Both the position numbers and the translations under genes were made by a program. A DNA stretch of 57,549 nucleotides, filler included, from Sphacelaria rigidula (lineage: Eukaryota), in the NCBI GenBank assembly GCA_964200075.2. It is 4 parts of 4 records of this genome, joined end to end, with 100 filler letters (N's around TTAATTAATTAA, not from the genome) between each part and the next. Parts side by side here need not be neighbours in the genome. Positions count along the whole stretch, not along the records: positions 1 to 14,313 come from CAXNAA020002320.1; 3 more parts are not named here. One strand, 5' to 3'. Position 1 is the first letter of the stretch. Every line of letters starts with the position of its first letter. Of the stretch, positions 1 to 12,896 are shown piece by piece. The notes below the pieces were generated by a model. It had not been told where the DNA came from and searched no databases. It saw nothing but the letters and a program-made list of their open reading frames with translations.

Positions 1-429
1 CCTCCCCCCCCCACCCCCTCTCCCCCCCCTCCCCCCCCCGGTCCCCCGACACCCCCCCAGCCTTCGCCTCCCCCACCCCCCCCCCCCCCCCCCCCCCCCC
101 CCCTACAAATCTCGCCTGCCACCATCCATACAACATCTGACATACAAAGTATACCACCCAGGCCTACAAACAATCCCAAACCTTGACTTACCCAACACGC
201 GAAAGCCCTTTTTCCCAATCCCCAGCCCCATACGTCCTTTCTGCCGGCGACAACACATACCACACTGATGCTACGATAGGAGGTGCATTTTTTGTTTCTG
301 GGTTTCGTTTTTGTAGGAGCCCAAATATATGGGGCTTACTGTGCAACCCACATCTCCGGGGAGAGGACATGGAGATGCACACAGGGGCCTTTTCGTGAAT
401 CGGCATCATTTTCAGGCTTTCTCAAGTGA

Positions 430-2980
430 AAATGATGCCGATTCTCAAAATGACCCGTGCAACACCCCGAGAAACATTTTCGCTCAAAACGTGCAACCCT
501 ACCGTAGCATCCCTCACCACAGGCACTATCTCATTGAGGACGACGACCATCCGCAACTTCGACTCCTCCATCGAGCAGCCCTCTTCCTTTCCCACCCGCC
601 CTCTCATGCCTACACTACCTACGGCGACATCGAATCTCAACTCCCTCACTATCCCTCCTTCGGCGATTTCCGCCTGTCAGGAGCATGCCATACGTGATAC
701 ACGGAGTATCCCACGCAGACCAAAAGCAAATCCGAAGCTTGACTTCCGCTACCAGCACACTCTCCCATCTCTCCGCCCTCCCTCACATGCGTATGCCAAC
801 CACGCCACAACAACCCTCAGCGTCGACTCTCTATTCACGATCAAGTCCTCTCCCTTCCCCGCGCGCGTCTCCACTTCAACGCATACACCACCGAGGCAAC
901 GACAAATCTCGCGCGTGGCTTCCTCAACACGCAAGCCCTTCCTCCCCGTTTCCCCTCCGCATACGCCATTTCCACCTGCCGTAAGACATGCGACAGGTAG
1001 TATCCCATCGAGGGCGACGATCATCCGCAACTTCGACTTCACCACCCCTTTCCTACCTGCGCTTCCATGCCTGCACTTCGCAGGGCGACAACAAATCTCA
1101 ACTCCCTCACAGCCCTTTTCTTACCGAACTCCGCCTGTCAAGGGGCATACCATGCGTGATACGCGAAGTATCCCACGCAGGCCGAAAGCAAATCCGAAGC
1201 TTGTCTTCCGTCACAAGTAAATTCTCCTCTTTCTCCGTCCTAATTTCCGTCTCTGTATACCACCGGGGCGACGAGACATCTCCAGGTCGACCTTCGTAAC
1301 AGGCGATCCCTTCCTCCCCCCCACTATCCCGACTCCGACGCGTACGCCGCCAGGGCGCCAACAATCTCAAGTTTGACTTCCTCAACGAGCCAGCCCTCAC
1401 TCCTCGGCCCTCTGGTCCCCTCCGATGCGAATGGCGCCTGCCACGAGGCATACAATATATCGTAAACCAAGTATGCCGTCCAGGGCGACAACAATTCGCA
1501 AGATCGACTTCCTCAACAAGCAAGCCCTCCACCCTTTCCGCCCACACTGGCACGCGTTTATCACCCAGGGCTACAACAACTCCCGAGCTCGAATCCTCCA
1601 CAAGCGAGTCTCTTCCTTCCCACCCTCCCGTCTATGGAGAATACCACAGATGATATACGAGGTGTCCGGCGAAGGTCCATAACAAACCTGAAACACAACT
1701 GACTCCCTGCGCCGGCAAGCTCTCGTACTTCCCCGCCCCCACTTCCACACGAATGTTATCCAAGCCGGCAACAGATATCAAGCTCGTTCTTCTCCACAAG
1801 CAAGCCCTTTCTCCGCCGCCTCCACTCTCACGCGTACGCCACGAGGGCCACATCAAACCCCTAGTTCGTCTTCCTCAACGAGTCACCCTCCTCCCTCAGG
1901 CCGTTCGACCTCCATTTTACGCATATTCCGCCTGCCACGCGGCACACAATAGGGTCAAGAATCGCAGGCACACAATGCGGAGGTACAGTACACCCAGAGC
2001 TACAATGTCTCCCGAGCGCGACTTTCTCCCCAAACAAGCCCTCGTTCTCGTGATCTGCTCGCACCCACATCGCACTTGTGATGTAACAAGGCTAAACCAT
2101 AAATGTGATGTGATGTACACCACTTGGGGCGAAACAGATTTCCTACCTTGACCCCGTTGTCACAAGCAGATCCCGCCCCTCGCACGCTCCCCTCCCCTGC
2201 TCCTATGCAAATTCTGCCCGACGCGACGCGAGACATACGACACGTGACCAACGTACTGTAGTATTCCACCCAGGGCGAAAATATTCGGCTAGCGAATTCC
2301 TCCACAGACAAGCCCTCATCCTACTGTCTCCGCACCTACATGTCGATTCCCCCCGCCACGAGGCGTACAGAAGATAATATACGCCGTGTACCACACACGA
2401 CAAAACGAATTCCCTACCTCAACCCCCTCTCCACAAGGAAACGCTTCCATCCTGTCCCCCCTCCCCCACCACGCGAAGCCGCATTTCACATGGCATACCA
2501 TAGATGATTGATGTAGGAAATCACCCGGGGCGGAAACATTCCCCGAGCTCGATCCCCTCCGCAATAAAGCCACTATCCCCCGCTCCTCTCCCCCATCCGC
2601 CAATTGCGCCTGCCACGAGGTGTACCATAAGTGGTATACAGAGTATACCACTCAGGGTGAAACAAATGTTCATGCTCGACTCTCTCCACAAGCAAGACCT
2701 TCGCCCCTCTCTTCTGTCCCCTTCTACTTAGTCTCTGCCAACCGCGAGGCTTATAAAATGGAAAGGGTATGACGAGCTCGGCCTCTTCCACGAGTCAGTC
2801 CTTCGGCCTCCCCGCCCGCCCCTCCTATGCGAGTTTCGCCCGCTACGAGGTGCACCGTAGTTGACATACGTAGTATATCACCCAGGGTGACACGAATTAT
2901 CATGTTTGGCTCTCTCTACACGCAGGCTTTTTCTCCCGCGCCCACTGCCCCTCTTCCTACGCTCATTCCGCCTGACACGA
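430..2980. repeat. Degenerate C-rich tandem array (satellite-like), about 20 units of ~80-180 bp
   Basis: Core TCGACTTCCTC(C/A)ACAAGCAAGCCCT recurs at about 560, 740, 920, 1030, 1200, 1290, 1375, 1505, 1590, 1700, 1785, 1865, 2020, 2295, 2550, 2680, 2780 and 2910. Companion motifs are CGCCTGCCACGAGG and CAGGGCGACAACAA. Blocks 671-745 and 1131-1205 are near-identical. Confidence 0.8.
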
Positions 2981-3659
2981 CGTCTATGATGGTCATCCAA
3001 GTCTACAAGGAACCCCAAGTTCGATTACCTCAACATGCAAAGCATGTCACTGCCATGACATCACGTTTCAGCTACTCTATCGGCTCGTTCCCTTGTTGGC
3101 AGGTCAGCGATGTAAGGGCCAGCTCACACAATATGTCCACGCTCGTGTGTGGGTGCGTGGTGTGGTGGGGCAAGGTTAAGCGCCGCTCTTGACAACTCAT
3201 ATGTTGTTGCCACAAAATTAACTCATCCAACGGCCACCATCACGCCATCACACAAACCAGCTCGCGACTATTTCGCCGGCTCGAAAGTCTAACTCAAAAC
3301 CTGCACCACCATCGATGCATATATCGTTCATGAACAAATCATTTTCAGCGGCTTCTGCTCCCCAGTTTCCTTTGCTACATCATGTCACAAGCTGACCGAT
3401 ATATCAAAGGGCATCCACCATCAATTCATCTTCATAATCTTCATAATCAGAATCCCAGCTCCCCAACTAGAACGGTGAATGCCGCAGCTTGTGAAACGCG
3501 CACGATCCCCTCGACGGCCAGTTCAGCTGCCAGCATCACACCGCGCACCGTAGGAGACAGGGCATCTGATGCACGACCTCTGAAACCGAGCTGAATATCA
3601 ACCAACGACAAAGTAGGGCGGCGAGGTGGGGAGGCGTTTAGTTCGCTTGGGTTTGGATA

Positions 3660-5770
3660 TCATTTTTCTTCGTCGTACGCCAACTTTGGCGCCTTGACCG
3701 CGCAGATGTGTCCATCTACTGAATCAGCATCACCTTCACTCGAAAAATGAAAGTCATATTCATATCTCAATCCTTGAGCGCAAAAAGGAGTAACCCCTCT
3801 GCCGCTTTTCTCTGTACGCGTAAGTCGTCCCAAATCCAAGTCAATCACCTCTCGACACTCGCGGAGCCTCATGCCGTTCTTGGATCCGGCCTCTTCCTCT
3901 TCCTCCTCCGCCTCTTTTCCCTTTTCGTCGAACACACCGCTTTGTTCCCTACAAGAACGATTTCATTGGTCAACCACGATGGCGGGGGACGGATGGGAAG
4001 CGCAACAAGAGAGATGCAGTAAAGGGAGAGAAGGAGAAACAAGAAGAATATCGACACATACGTTTCATATATACACATATACACATATACACAGCTGTCG
4101 TCGATTGGAAAATTGGTGCAAGGGGGATAGTCGAAAGGAGCAAAAGGTTGTGAATCCCTTTTGTTCGTAAGTTTGCCATCGTTACGTCCTTCGGTGGACG
4201 AGGAGAGCGAGGAGGAAGAAGAGGCGAAGGCGAAGGAGAAGGAGGAGCAAGAGCAGGGGATATGCTTGGCCAAGAGGGAGGGAGGTATACGTGACAAGGC
4301 TTGGTACAGCGTACTGACACACCTCCCTCTCCTCCTTAGCAGCGAATTCTTCCCTGGCCAAGTCTGACCACCAAACTTCCTCGCGAGCTTTGTGCCGGAT
4401 GCCGGCGGCGCCCCCCCCTCTCTTTTCTTCCCTCCTAAATCTTGTGGGGTCCCGTCGCCCCTCCACCTTCCGCCGCCTCCAACGCTGAACGGCCACGCCA
4501 ATGTAGACTTCGTGTGGGCTGTTTTCGTGCAACAACAGTTGTACGTGCAAACAACAGACAATGAGACGAGCTGATTGGTTTCTTTCATTTCCCCATATTC
4601 TACTTCGTTCGATTCACGCAACTACCTTCACCACCCTTAAGGCGCGGAGGTTATTACCTCGTGCGTGGGAGAGATGAACTATGGGACGAGATGTCTGTGT
4701 ATGTGTGTGTGTGAGTATGGGGTATGGGGATAAGTGTGAAGTCGAGTGAGAAGTATTGACGGGTACGGCGCTGGTGCGCTGCGATCCAGCTCGGTGTCTG
4801 ACGATACTCCGGTGACGGCACGGACAGTGACTCAACGACCCGAGGGGAGACGTAATATCGCTTTCATGAAGTCATCTTCCAAAGGTTGTGGACGGGACGA
4901 TATCCTGCCGCGCGTGTGTGGGCGTGTTTGGGACAAAAGTGTACCACTACATATACACGTCCATATATATTCATGTACTTCTTCACAGTGCTTTTACGCT
5001 TCTCTGCACCAACCAAAAGCTAGGATCCCACAAGACACATACATAAATATATGACTACAATACATGACTACACGAATACATGAATGAATATTTTCGCTCC
5101 CTGGACTGACCTCGCTTGAAACCTATGTAAAACACTTGGCGACAGGGGTCCATGTGTTCCCGCTTTGTCCAAGTCACTGCAAGGAGCAACGCACCACACA
5201 GACAACCACACACACTTGCCGATATGCTTGCAATTCGCCACTATCTACATGGAGTAATCTGACGCAACGTGCGTAGAGTATCGTACATCACCGCACTCTC
5301 TGGAGATCATGAACCATATTCGTCGCAACACCTCGTTACCGTGCAACACTCGTCAAAGAGTGCTGATCGATTCAATACTCTACCAGTTCCTCCATCAACA
5401 CACAGATACTCACTCACGAACGGACATATCGCACATTTTCAAATGGGGGTGCTATCCCCGCAACGAAGCGTGGCGTAGAGTAGCGTTACGTACCTGGTCG
5501 AGAACGTGAACGGAGTCCCGTGGAGTACCTTGTGCAGTAATCCTCCCCCGCCCCCCCTGTTACCACCACTCTCTCCGCCCTTCGGCTTGGAGGTAAACAA
5601 AAATGCAGGGCCGATAGACTCTGGCGAGTTATCAGATAGCCACAGCGCCCACACAGATGTGGGAAGGGTGATTACCGAATACGGTGATAGTCCCCCGGTT
5701 TGTCGATTATAAACTTTCAGGGAACGCCGGTAGCCCCGAGGTGGGAGCAGGGATTGCCGAGCACCCTGCA
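3660..5770 (-). pseudogene. Copy A of a tandemly duplicated, decayed multi-exon gene of unknown function
   Basis: Exon-like blocks ~5495-5768, ~4322-4519 and ~3660-3950 have splice-like boundaries (TGCAG|, AACAG|, |GTACGT, |GTGTGT). Their translations align with copy B (DNSPESI...LHGTPFTFSTR; RWRRR.VEGR.DPTRFR; CREVID). Intervening homologous blocks contain stops. Confidence 0.5.
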
Positions 5771-6388
5771 CAAGACACGCACAAGACGCCGGTGGCACAC
5801 AATCTTAATATCATTATTTTATTATTTGTCGCACTTTGAACCCCTCCCCTTCCTCGGGGCGAGTGTTTGGTCTCGAGGGGTCAATCCATCTCTCCCCGGA
5901 ACACGCCTTGCATTCTGGTCTCGCGGACTGGGTCAGCACTCCCGCACCGCGTCAACTCACGTCGAACACCCTCAGTCAACTACTTTGTTCACTCATGTTC
6001 TCACGCTTTCCACGGTGGAAATCAGACACTACGAAGAAAAACCTCGACGCATCGGGAATCGATCTCTCGTTTTCTCCACCCTAATGGTGAAAGTCGGATC
6101 ATTCATTGCACCACCGGGGCACACAAGCACCAACAAAGCAAAGCGTAGGGATAATTAAAATGCTTAGTGTAAACAAGACCCACAGAAGTCAGATACCTCG
6201 CTGTGTTGCACGCACACCCCAAGTTCTATCGAAAGGAGCAGACTGCATAAACACAGGACGAGTGTCTAAATGCAAAAAGATGCTGAGTCCTCGACAAACT
6301 TGGATATCCGAACATATTACCAATAAACACACTGACGAATAGTCTCCCCTGCTGGTCTCGAACCACCCATAACAAAAAGCGCAATTGA

Positions 6389-9300
6389 TCAGTGGACAAA
6401 ACCAAACCCAAGTCGAATGAATCGTCTCACTAGACACAACACCCTGACACTCGAAAAAACCCTCGATGGAGAAATCAGAACGGACGAGAAAGGAATCATG
6501 TGGAAATCAATCACCTCTCGACACCGGCGGGACCTCTTGCCGTTGTCGGCTCCGGCCTTTCCCTCCTCTTCCCCCTCTCCGTCGAACACATCACTCACCT
6601 CCCTACGAAAAATCAAATGGTTTGTTCGTCACAACAACGGCAAGGACGGCGTGGAAGCGAAACAGGAGAGATACAGTACAGTAACAGCGAACAAGCTAGA
6701 AAAAGAAGAATGTTACATATGTGTATATATACTGTGGGTTCATCTCAGGGTCTGAAAAAGCAAAAACACAACACAACGCAACTGACGGGGGTGGGGGCGT
6801 TCTCGGCGATGTAACGCTTCCACTTTCGCCCATCATGGACAATAACTCAATAACTCATGAACGACTTCGAGCGGCACGACTCCAACTGGCGCAAACAAGA
6901 GTCAGCCCGTGAAAACGGATCCAACGATTATTTCCAGGGACAATTTAGCAAGTTGCCGGAGCGTACCGCGGGTCGGAACAATTCGGCTGTGCCATACGGC
7001 CCAGAATGCGCGCCCCGCCCCTCTCAGATGCATCACGTCAGGGTAAGATAGAGAGTTTATAAATTCAATAATTTCAGCTTTCAGGAGGGGAGAAAAAATG
7101 TAAGAGGGACAACAAACACACAATAGGAAAGGGATAGACTTCATCGCGTCACGCGTCCGAAAACAGAAAGAACCGCAAATGAGAGGAAACGCAAACGCTC
7201 GACAGACCAGATCACAACAGAACATAACACAACAAAACACCAAAAATCAAGTATTCCAGCCCTGTGTGTTACTCTGCATCACCTTGTACAAAGCCCTGTG
7301 CTTGGTGTGTGTCCAACGATCCCACAAGAGGGACTGCTCTCTCGCTATGCTTCGTTTGGTTTGTACGGAACGAACGCTGCATGTGCTCGCCACGGACTGC
7401 AACGGGCGCGATGACTAGATGTTGCCTATTGTACATGTTATATGGAACGCACGTGCGTACAATAAAACCCCACTCCTCAATCTTGATGGCAAAGATTGAC
7501 ACGTCTCACACATTTTGATAATGAAAAAAGAACATGGAGAGAAAGAAAGATGTTCCCGCTGACCCAATATTGGACAATGACGCGAAACATCTATATACCT
7601 ATATACTCCGGAGTATATACCTGACGAGATCACCCCACGACCAAAACAGCTGACTTCTACCATCGCCCATTCCGAACCCTAGACGACGAGCCTGTTAACA
7701 CACAAAATACAGAGGAAAAAAATCATGGCATACAGTATGAAATCATTTAACCCCGTGACGAAGGGTGACACGCGTTTCGGAACAACTGTCGCCCATTGGA
7801 CAGCTAGTTCCAGGCGGGAAATTGCAGGGGGGCAAAATGTTGTGTATTTTTCTGTGGGTATGTGGGTAATCACTGTTCTTTCGGGAGGGGGGGGGGGTGT
7901 ATGTGCTCATGGGAGGTCATGGGAGGGTGGGAGGTTATGGGAGGGAAGGAAGAGGACGCGAACGACGAGGACGACAAGGGCAAAAGTGCTCGATCGGTGG
8001 CGGGCGGGGGAATACACATGACGCCATCAATGGTATTCACAAAACATGAAGACTCAGTTTTACTATAGATAACATGGAAAGGTACACCAGAAGGCTAGGC
8101 ACGGCGTACTGACACACCTCCCTCTCCTCCTTAGCGTCGAATTCTTTCCTGACCTTGCTTCTCGCGGCCAGCTCGGAGCGCCAAACGTCCTCGCGAGCTT
8201 TGCATCGGGTGCGGGCGACGCCCCTCCCTCTCCGACGCGCAATTTCCTTCCTAAATCTTGTGGGGTCCTGTCGCCCCTCTACTACCCGCCGCCTCCAACG
8301 CCGGAGGAGCGCGGCAGTGCTGTCTTCGTCTGGGCTGTTCATGTGCAACAACAGTTGTACGTGCAAACAGCCAGCAATGAGATGAGCTGATTCGTTTCTT
8401 CCATTCGATTCTATTTTATTTCGTTCTTTTCACGATAGCACCTGTATAGTACCATCCTCAACGGGCGGTGACTTTTGCCTCGAGGTTCACGGGAATGAAC
8501 CACTGGAGTGAGACAAGACGAGACGCGGCTGGGCTCGAGTGAGAAGCGAGGACGGGGGCGGCGCCGGTGCGCTGCGCCCCTGCTTGGAGAATGATGATAC
8601 TCCGGTCACGGAATGGAAGATGGATGACCAATGACCCTAGGAGACGGAACATCCGTTTCATGATGATATTTCCAAAACATGGGGAGGTGACGATATAGCG
8701 ACATCCTATCCCATGTATGCAGACGTAGTGAAGGCGAGGACCTGCCTGCCTGGTACTCGTAGTTATGCTTCGCAAGGAGAGGGAGGTACAGGAGATCGTC
8801 GCCGTTCCCTCAAGTTGTTTCCAGATTGCATAAAGCATACATTTTCGTTCTTCTGAGCAGTTTGGTGCCTTCCTTCCGTAGAGCTCATGAGTGAGAGCTC
8901 ATGCCTAGTCCGGAATAGCTGAGCAGCGATCTGCCCCCTAGGTCCTTTTGTTTTGTTTTGTTTTGTGTATGGGAGCAGGTGGTTTTCACACATACTTTCT
9001 GCTCGGCCCTTCTTACCTAAAGCCACGCTGCAGAGGCTGACCTTTTGCAGTTTCATTTCGTTTTTACTCTCCTAGTGTTTCGCTAGTTCTTCTCCGTTCC
9101 TTTCCTTTCCTTTCCTTTCCTCTCCTGTCTCATATTGCTCTGTTGTTGTCTTATTTTGTTTCTCAGCTTCCTCAGTTTGTTTTACCCACCTGTTTGTTTC
9201 CGCCCACTTGCCTTCTGCTGTACCGCGTGTTTCCATCATGTTTACCTCGGGTGCGTCCATCGTGTGGAAATGACCACGGCTAGGTCCATCGGGGGTCAGT

Positions 9301-10431
9301 TAATCATTTTGGAACTCGCGAAAAACAGTACAACACTCTCACATGCGAGCTTTCGTCACCGGAACAACGTCACTTCGAGTTCGGTGCATGAATCTGTCGC
9401 ATTAGTATACTTGAACCGAGAGAGGTGCATCGTTTTGGTGGGCTGCATCGTCAACGGTTGCAGAAGAACAGTCATATCTTGCCCAAGAGAAAGTCAATTG
9501 TCCATCAACGGTTCCAAAAGAGTTCATATACACGGCAAACAGTTACTCGATAAGAAAAATACCTCACCATACTGTCTCATGGTTTTTATGCACAGACCAA
9601 GAACAAGGATCCAACTAAACACACGCATGAACACATAAAAGACTGCTCCACCACTAGGCAGCCGCATCGAAAACCTAGGAGCCAAGCTCACGCGGAAAGC
9701 ATGTGTGAACCGTTTGACAAAATCTTCAAGGTATTTGCGCCGTTTGCCAAAGTCACTGCAACACTGTATGAAGAACCGTCTCGAGGATGATCACCTTTCT
9801 TATCCGGACTATTCACTGAGGGTTCCCTTATTCACGAATACGCTCGAGGGAAAAAACGCGCACGCACGAAGCACTTGGTCGTGATGGAAATAGGCATTAT
9901 TTACGTAACGTAATCTGACGCAACATACGTACAGTATCGTACACAAACGTACCCGGTGGACATCGTGAACGATAATCCTCGTGACATCTTGCTACAGTAT
10001 GAAATCCGTCAAAGAGTGCTGGTCGAATCATGTCTTGATAAAAAAAACTCTCGAAACAAACACACGCGCACGAACGCAGAAATTCGTGTTTTTTCAAACG
10101 AACACTGATCTACGTAATGCAACGCAACGCAACGCGACGCAACGTGACGTGACATGGAGTAGCGTTACGTACCTGGTCGAGATCGTGAACGGAACCCCGT
10201 GGAGTATCTCGCCAAACAATCCTTCTCCGCCGCCGCTGTAACCAGCACCCACTACGCTCTTCGACACGGAGGAAATAGACTCTGGCGAGTTATCGAGTTG
10301 GAACAGCGTGCACATGGATGCGGGAGGGGTGATCATCGAGTGCGATGATGATGGTCCTCCGACTTGTTGCCGACCATCTTCCACACAAGGCTGGAAGCTT
10401 CGGGGTGGCTGCAGCTGGGATTCCTGAGCAA
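6389..10431 (-). pseudogene. Copy B of the tandemly duplicated multi-exon gene
   Basis: Blocks ~10174-10431, ~8117-8334 and ~6389-6600 are homologous to copy A. Intron sequence is also shared (9590-9960 vs 5010-5300; 8530-8700 vs 4740-4905). Copy B is longer because of insertions. Confidence 0.5.
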
Positions 10432-10521
10432 CCTGCACAAAGACACACACCAGACGCGCATGGCACACAAGCACGAACAAAACAGAGCGGCGTATAAACG
10501 AGGAAAACGACGCTTCTTCAA

Positions 10522-11587
10522 AGGCGGGGTCCCACTTCGCCGTGGTGGAAATCGACGTGCAGCTCTGCAGCAGTTTTCAAGTGAAACAGGGGGTTTTGCA
10601 ATTTTTTCGTAGTCGGCGACTTTCGACAGTGTTTTTGGGTGCCACCGCTCATCTCGGTGGGCGTTTCATCCCAAAGTCTGGGGATGGAGAGACTCTAGGC
10701 ATTCGCTTCACATTCCGGAACAAAGTCATCTCTGCACACAGTATTAAGCGACTCACGGGCTGATCGGTTTTCGGGGGTCTTGCGACTACCCAACCCCAGG
10801 CTCTGACCCTTGGAGGTTCTCACTCGATTGAAGTAATCCTGATCGTCCTCGTGAACAAGTGAAAGGGAAAGAAACTACCTATTCATTGCGCTAGATCCGA
10901 AAACACGTATCTTTTGGACCATCGACGGTCAATAACACCCCCTGATAAACGAGATACAAACTCCGTATCAACCTGTCAACACCAGTTGAGGATTGTGTCC
11001 TGCACTCGACCTGATTGTTTTCCTACTATCTACCGACACTAGAGCTTGTGAGCGCTGAAAAAGAATACTAGACAAGAAAATTCAGAAAAGTACCCATAAA
11101 CGAAAAGTGCCCAAACGAGCTCTGCATCGCACAGGGTGGGCGGGGGGGTGAAACATCCTGATCACTCTCGTGAATAATTTGACAGACCCCCATGTTTTAT
11201 TTTTACCGGCGTATTACGCTAGAGCCGAAAATAACTATTTTACTAAAACCAAAAACCGCCAATAACACCCCCTGTCAATCCAGCCCGTAAGTCGTTCAAT
11301 ATTGAGCGCAGAGATGACTGTTGTTTCAGAATGTCGAGCGGATGCCTAGTAACTTCCCATCTCTCAACTTCGGGAGCAAGCGTTCGCCGGGATGAGAAAT
11401 TGCACGGGACAAAAAATATTGAAAATCGCGGACTACGAAAAATTTACAAAAATCTCCCTATTTCAGCTGAAAACTTCTATACTCATCTTGTGGGTAGAGC
11501 TCCCTCGAAGACTGCCGACTCTTGCTTGCACTGCAATTATATGTATTTGTATACGTACCGCCTTAACCTCGAAGTGGGACCCCCACT
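10522..11587. mobile_element. Non-autonomous DNA transposon with long (~250 bp) imperfect TIRs, possibly Kolobok-like
   Basis: 10522-10770 is the imperfect reverse complement of 11280-11587 (AGGCGGGGTCCCACTTCG / CGAAGTGGGACCCCCACT; TTTTTCGTAGTC / GACTACGAAAAA; AGTCATCTCTGC / GCAGAGATGACT). Flanks TCAA and TTCA resemble a decayed TTAA TSD. No transposase ORF. Confidence 0.75.
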
Positions 11588-12493
11588 TTCAAACCAACTA
11601 AAAAAAGGCGTTATTTGTTCTGCCCGGGTATGATGTAGCTTGCACTTGTATGGCACAAACCCGATGTCAGTTTGTTACGGTACACCTTTGTGTCCACCTT
11701 TCGCATTGGGTATATGGGCTGGTTCTGCGCTAAGGCCGGATTGCCCGCGGCTCACTGGAAATATATACACTTCGTGTATATACATAAATGTCAAAAATCG
11801 TTATCTTGCTTATTGTAGTCTAAGATAACGTTTAAACGCGTTTAAAACACAGAATCATCGAAAGATTGAGTAGGATCGTCGTCTTTTTCTCCGTCGCATT
11901 CCTGATTTTATGGCCTCCAGTTCTCCTCGGCAATCGATTCCGCTTTTGGCCGATTCAGGGGGAATAAAACCCCTTAGAATGTCAGTGTGACCAAAATTGA
12001 GTGAGGCAAGACACTGTTATGAATGGTGGGGGGGCTGGCCCGTGTTCACAAAACATTTTGTGTGTGTGCTTCGCTGTAACTCTGCTCTCACTAGTGATTC
12101 CAAACTTGCCACACTGGATGGTGTGTCATCGCCGCCCCAAAATGACCTTGAACTCGAATTGTCAGGTCGATCGGCGTATTTTTTCAATCGCCGGGAAAGT
12201 TTGTTACCGTCCCCAACCCACTTTTTTTGCGTCTTCGCAAATTCGCATCCCGGTATCGATCAAATGCGCTGAAACCCGGACACCGCGTATGACTTGATTT
12301 TTTTACCATTCGTACACTTTCACCAACCATGACACAGTAGCACGAGGAAAAATATCAGAGGTTCGGGGGGAGGGGGGGGAAGGGGGGGGTAACCAAGAAC
12401 CCCCCGCCCCCGCGCGCGCTCCGTCTCGAAAGGAATGCGTGGTCATCGGTCGAATGACTAAGATAAACAACAAATGAGTACGTCCCCCCCCCG

Positions 12494-12798
12494 GTGGGAC
12501 ACCCACGAGGCAGCGTATAAGCCGTGCCTGTCCCTGGAAGTGGCGATACCAGAAAATGAAGCAGCTATTTGTAGACTGTCATCCAAATGCAGGACAATCA
12601 GTACGCTTCGGGCTGAACAATCTTTGCAGGATGCAGTCCACCCTTCATGCGACTCGCCGAACACACCACGGCGCTTCCGGCTTGGTGATTGGATGCGAGC
12701 CTGGTCCAGCGAAAACCAGGCGTGCTTTGTCCCGACCTTGTAGGGATGCGAGATCAATGGTCTTCTGACTAGGGTATGCATGATCATGAGTACACCCC
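12494..12798 (+). repeat. Dispersed ~290-bp repeat, copy 1
   Basis: CACCCACGAGGCAG...GATACCAGAAAATGAAGC...CCCTTCATGCGACTCGCCGAAC...CATGATCATGAGTAC followed by a C-run; six other copies in the window. Confidence 0.9.
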
Positions 12799-12896
12799 AC
12801 CCCGGCCCCGCCGCCACCACCACCACCACCACCACCACCACCACCGCCAAAACAAACCCGGCTTTAGCGCGGAACCCGCCATGTATACATTCATAC

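Noticed and set aside
426..1220. 264-aa ORF as a real gene
   Set aside because: It lies within the C-rich satellite, where stop codons are depleted by composition. No domain is recognisable and the frame is not kept in neighbouring units.
430..2980. CRISPR-like repeat-spacer array
   Set aside because: The repeats are highly degenerate, spacing is irregular, spacers are homologous to one another, there are no cas genes, and the context is eukaryotic.
10174..10431. TRM2/TrmA methyltransferase similarity (GEILHGVPFTIST)
   Set aside because: The expected following SFFQ.N and SAM-binding motifs were not found in either copy.
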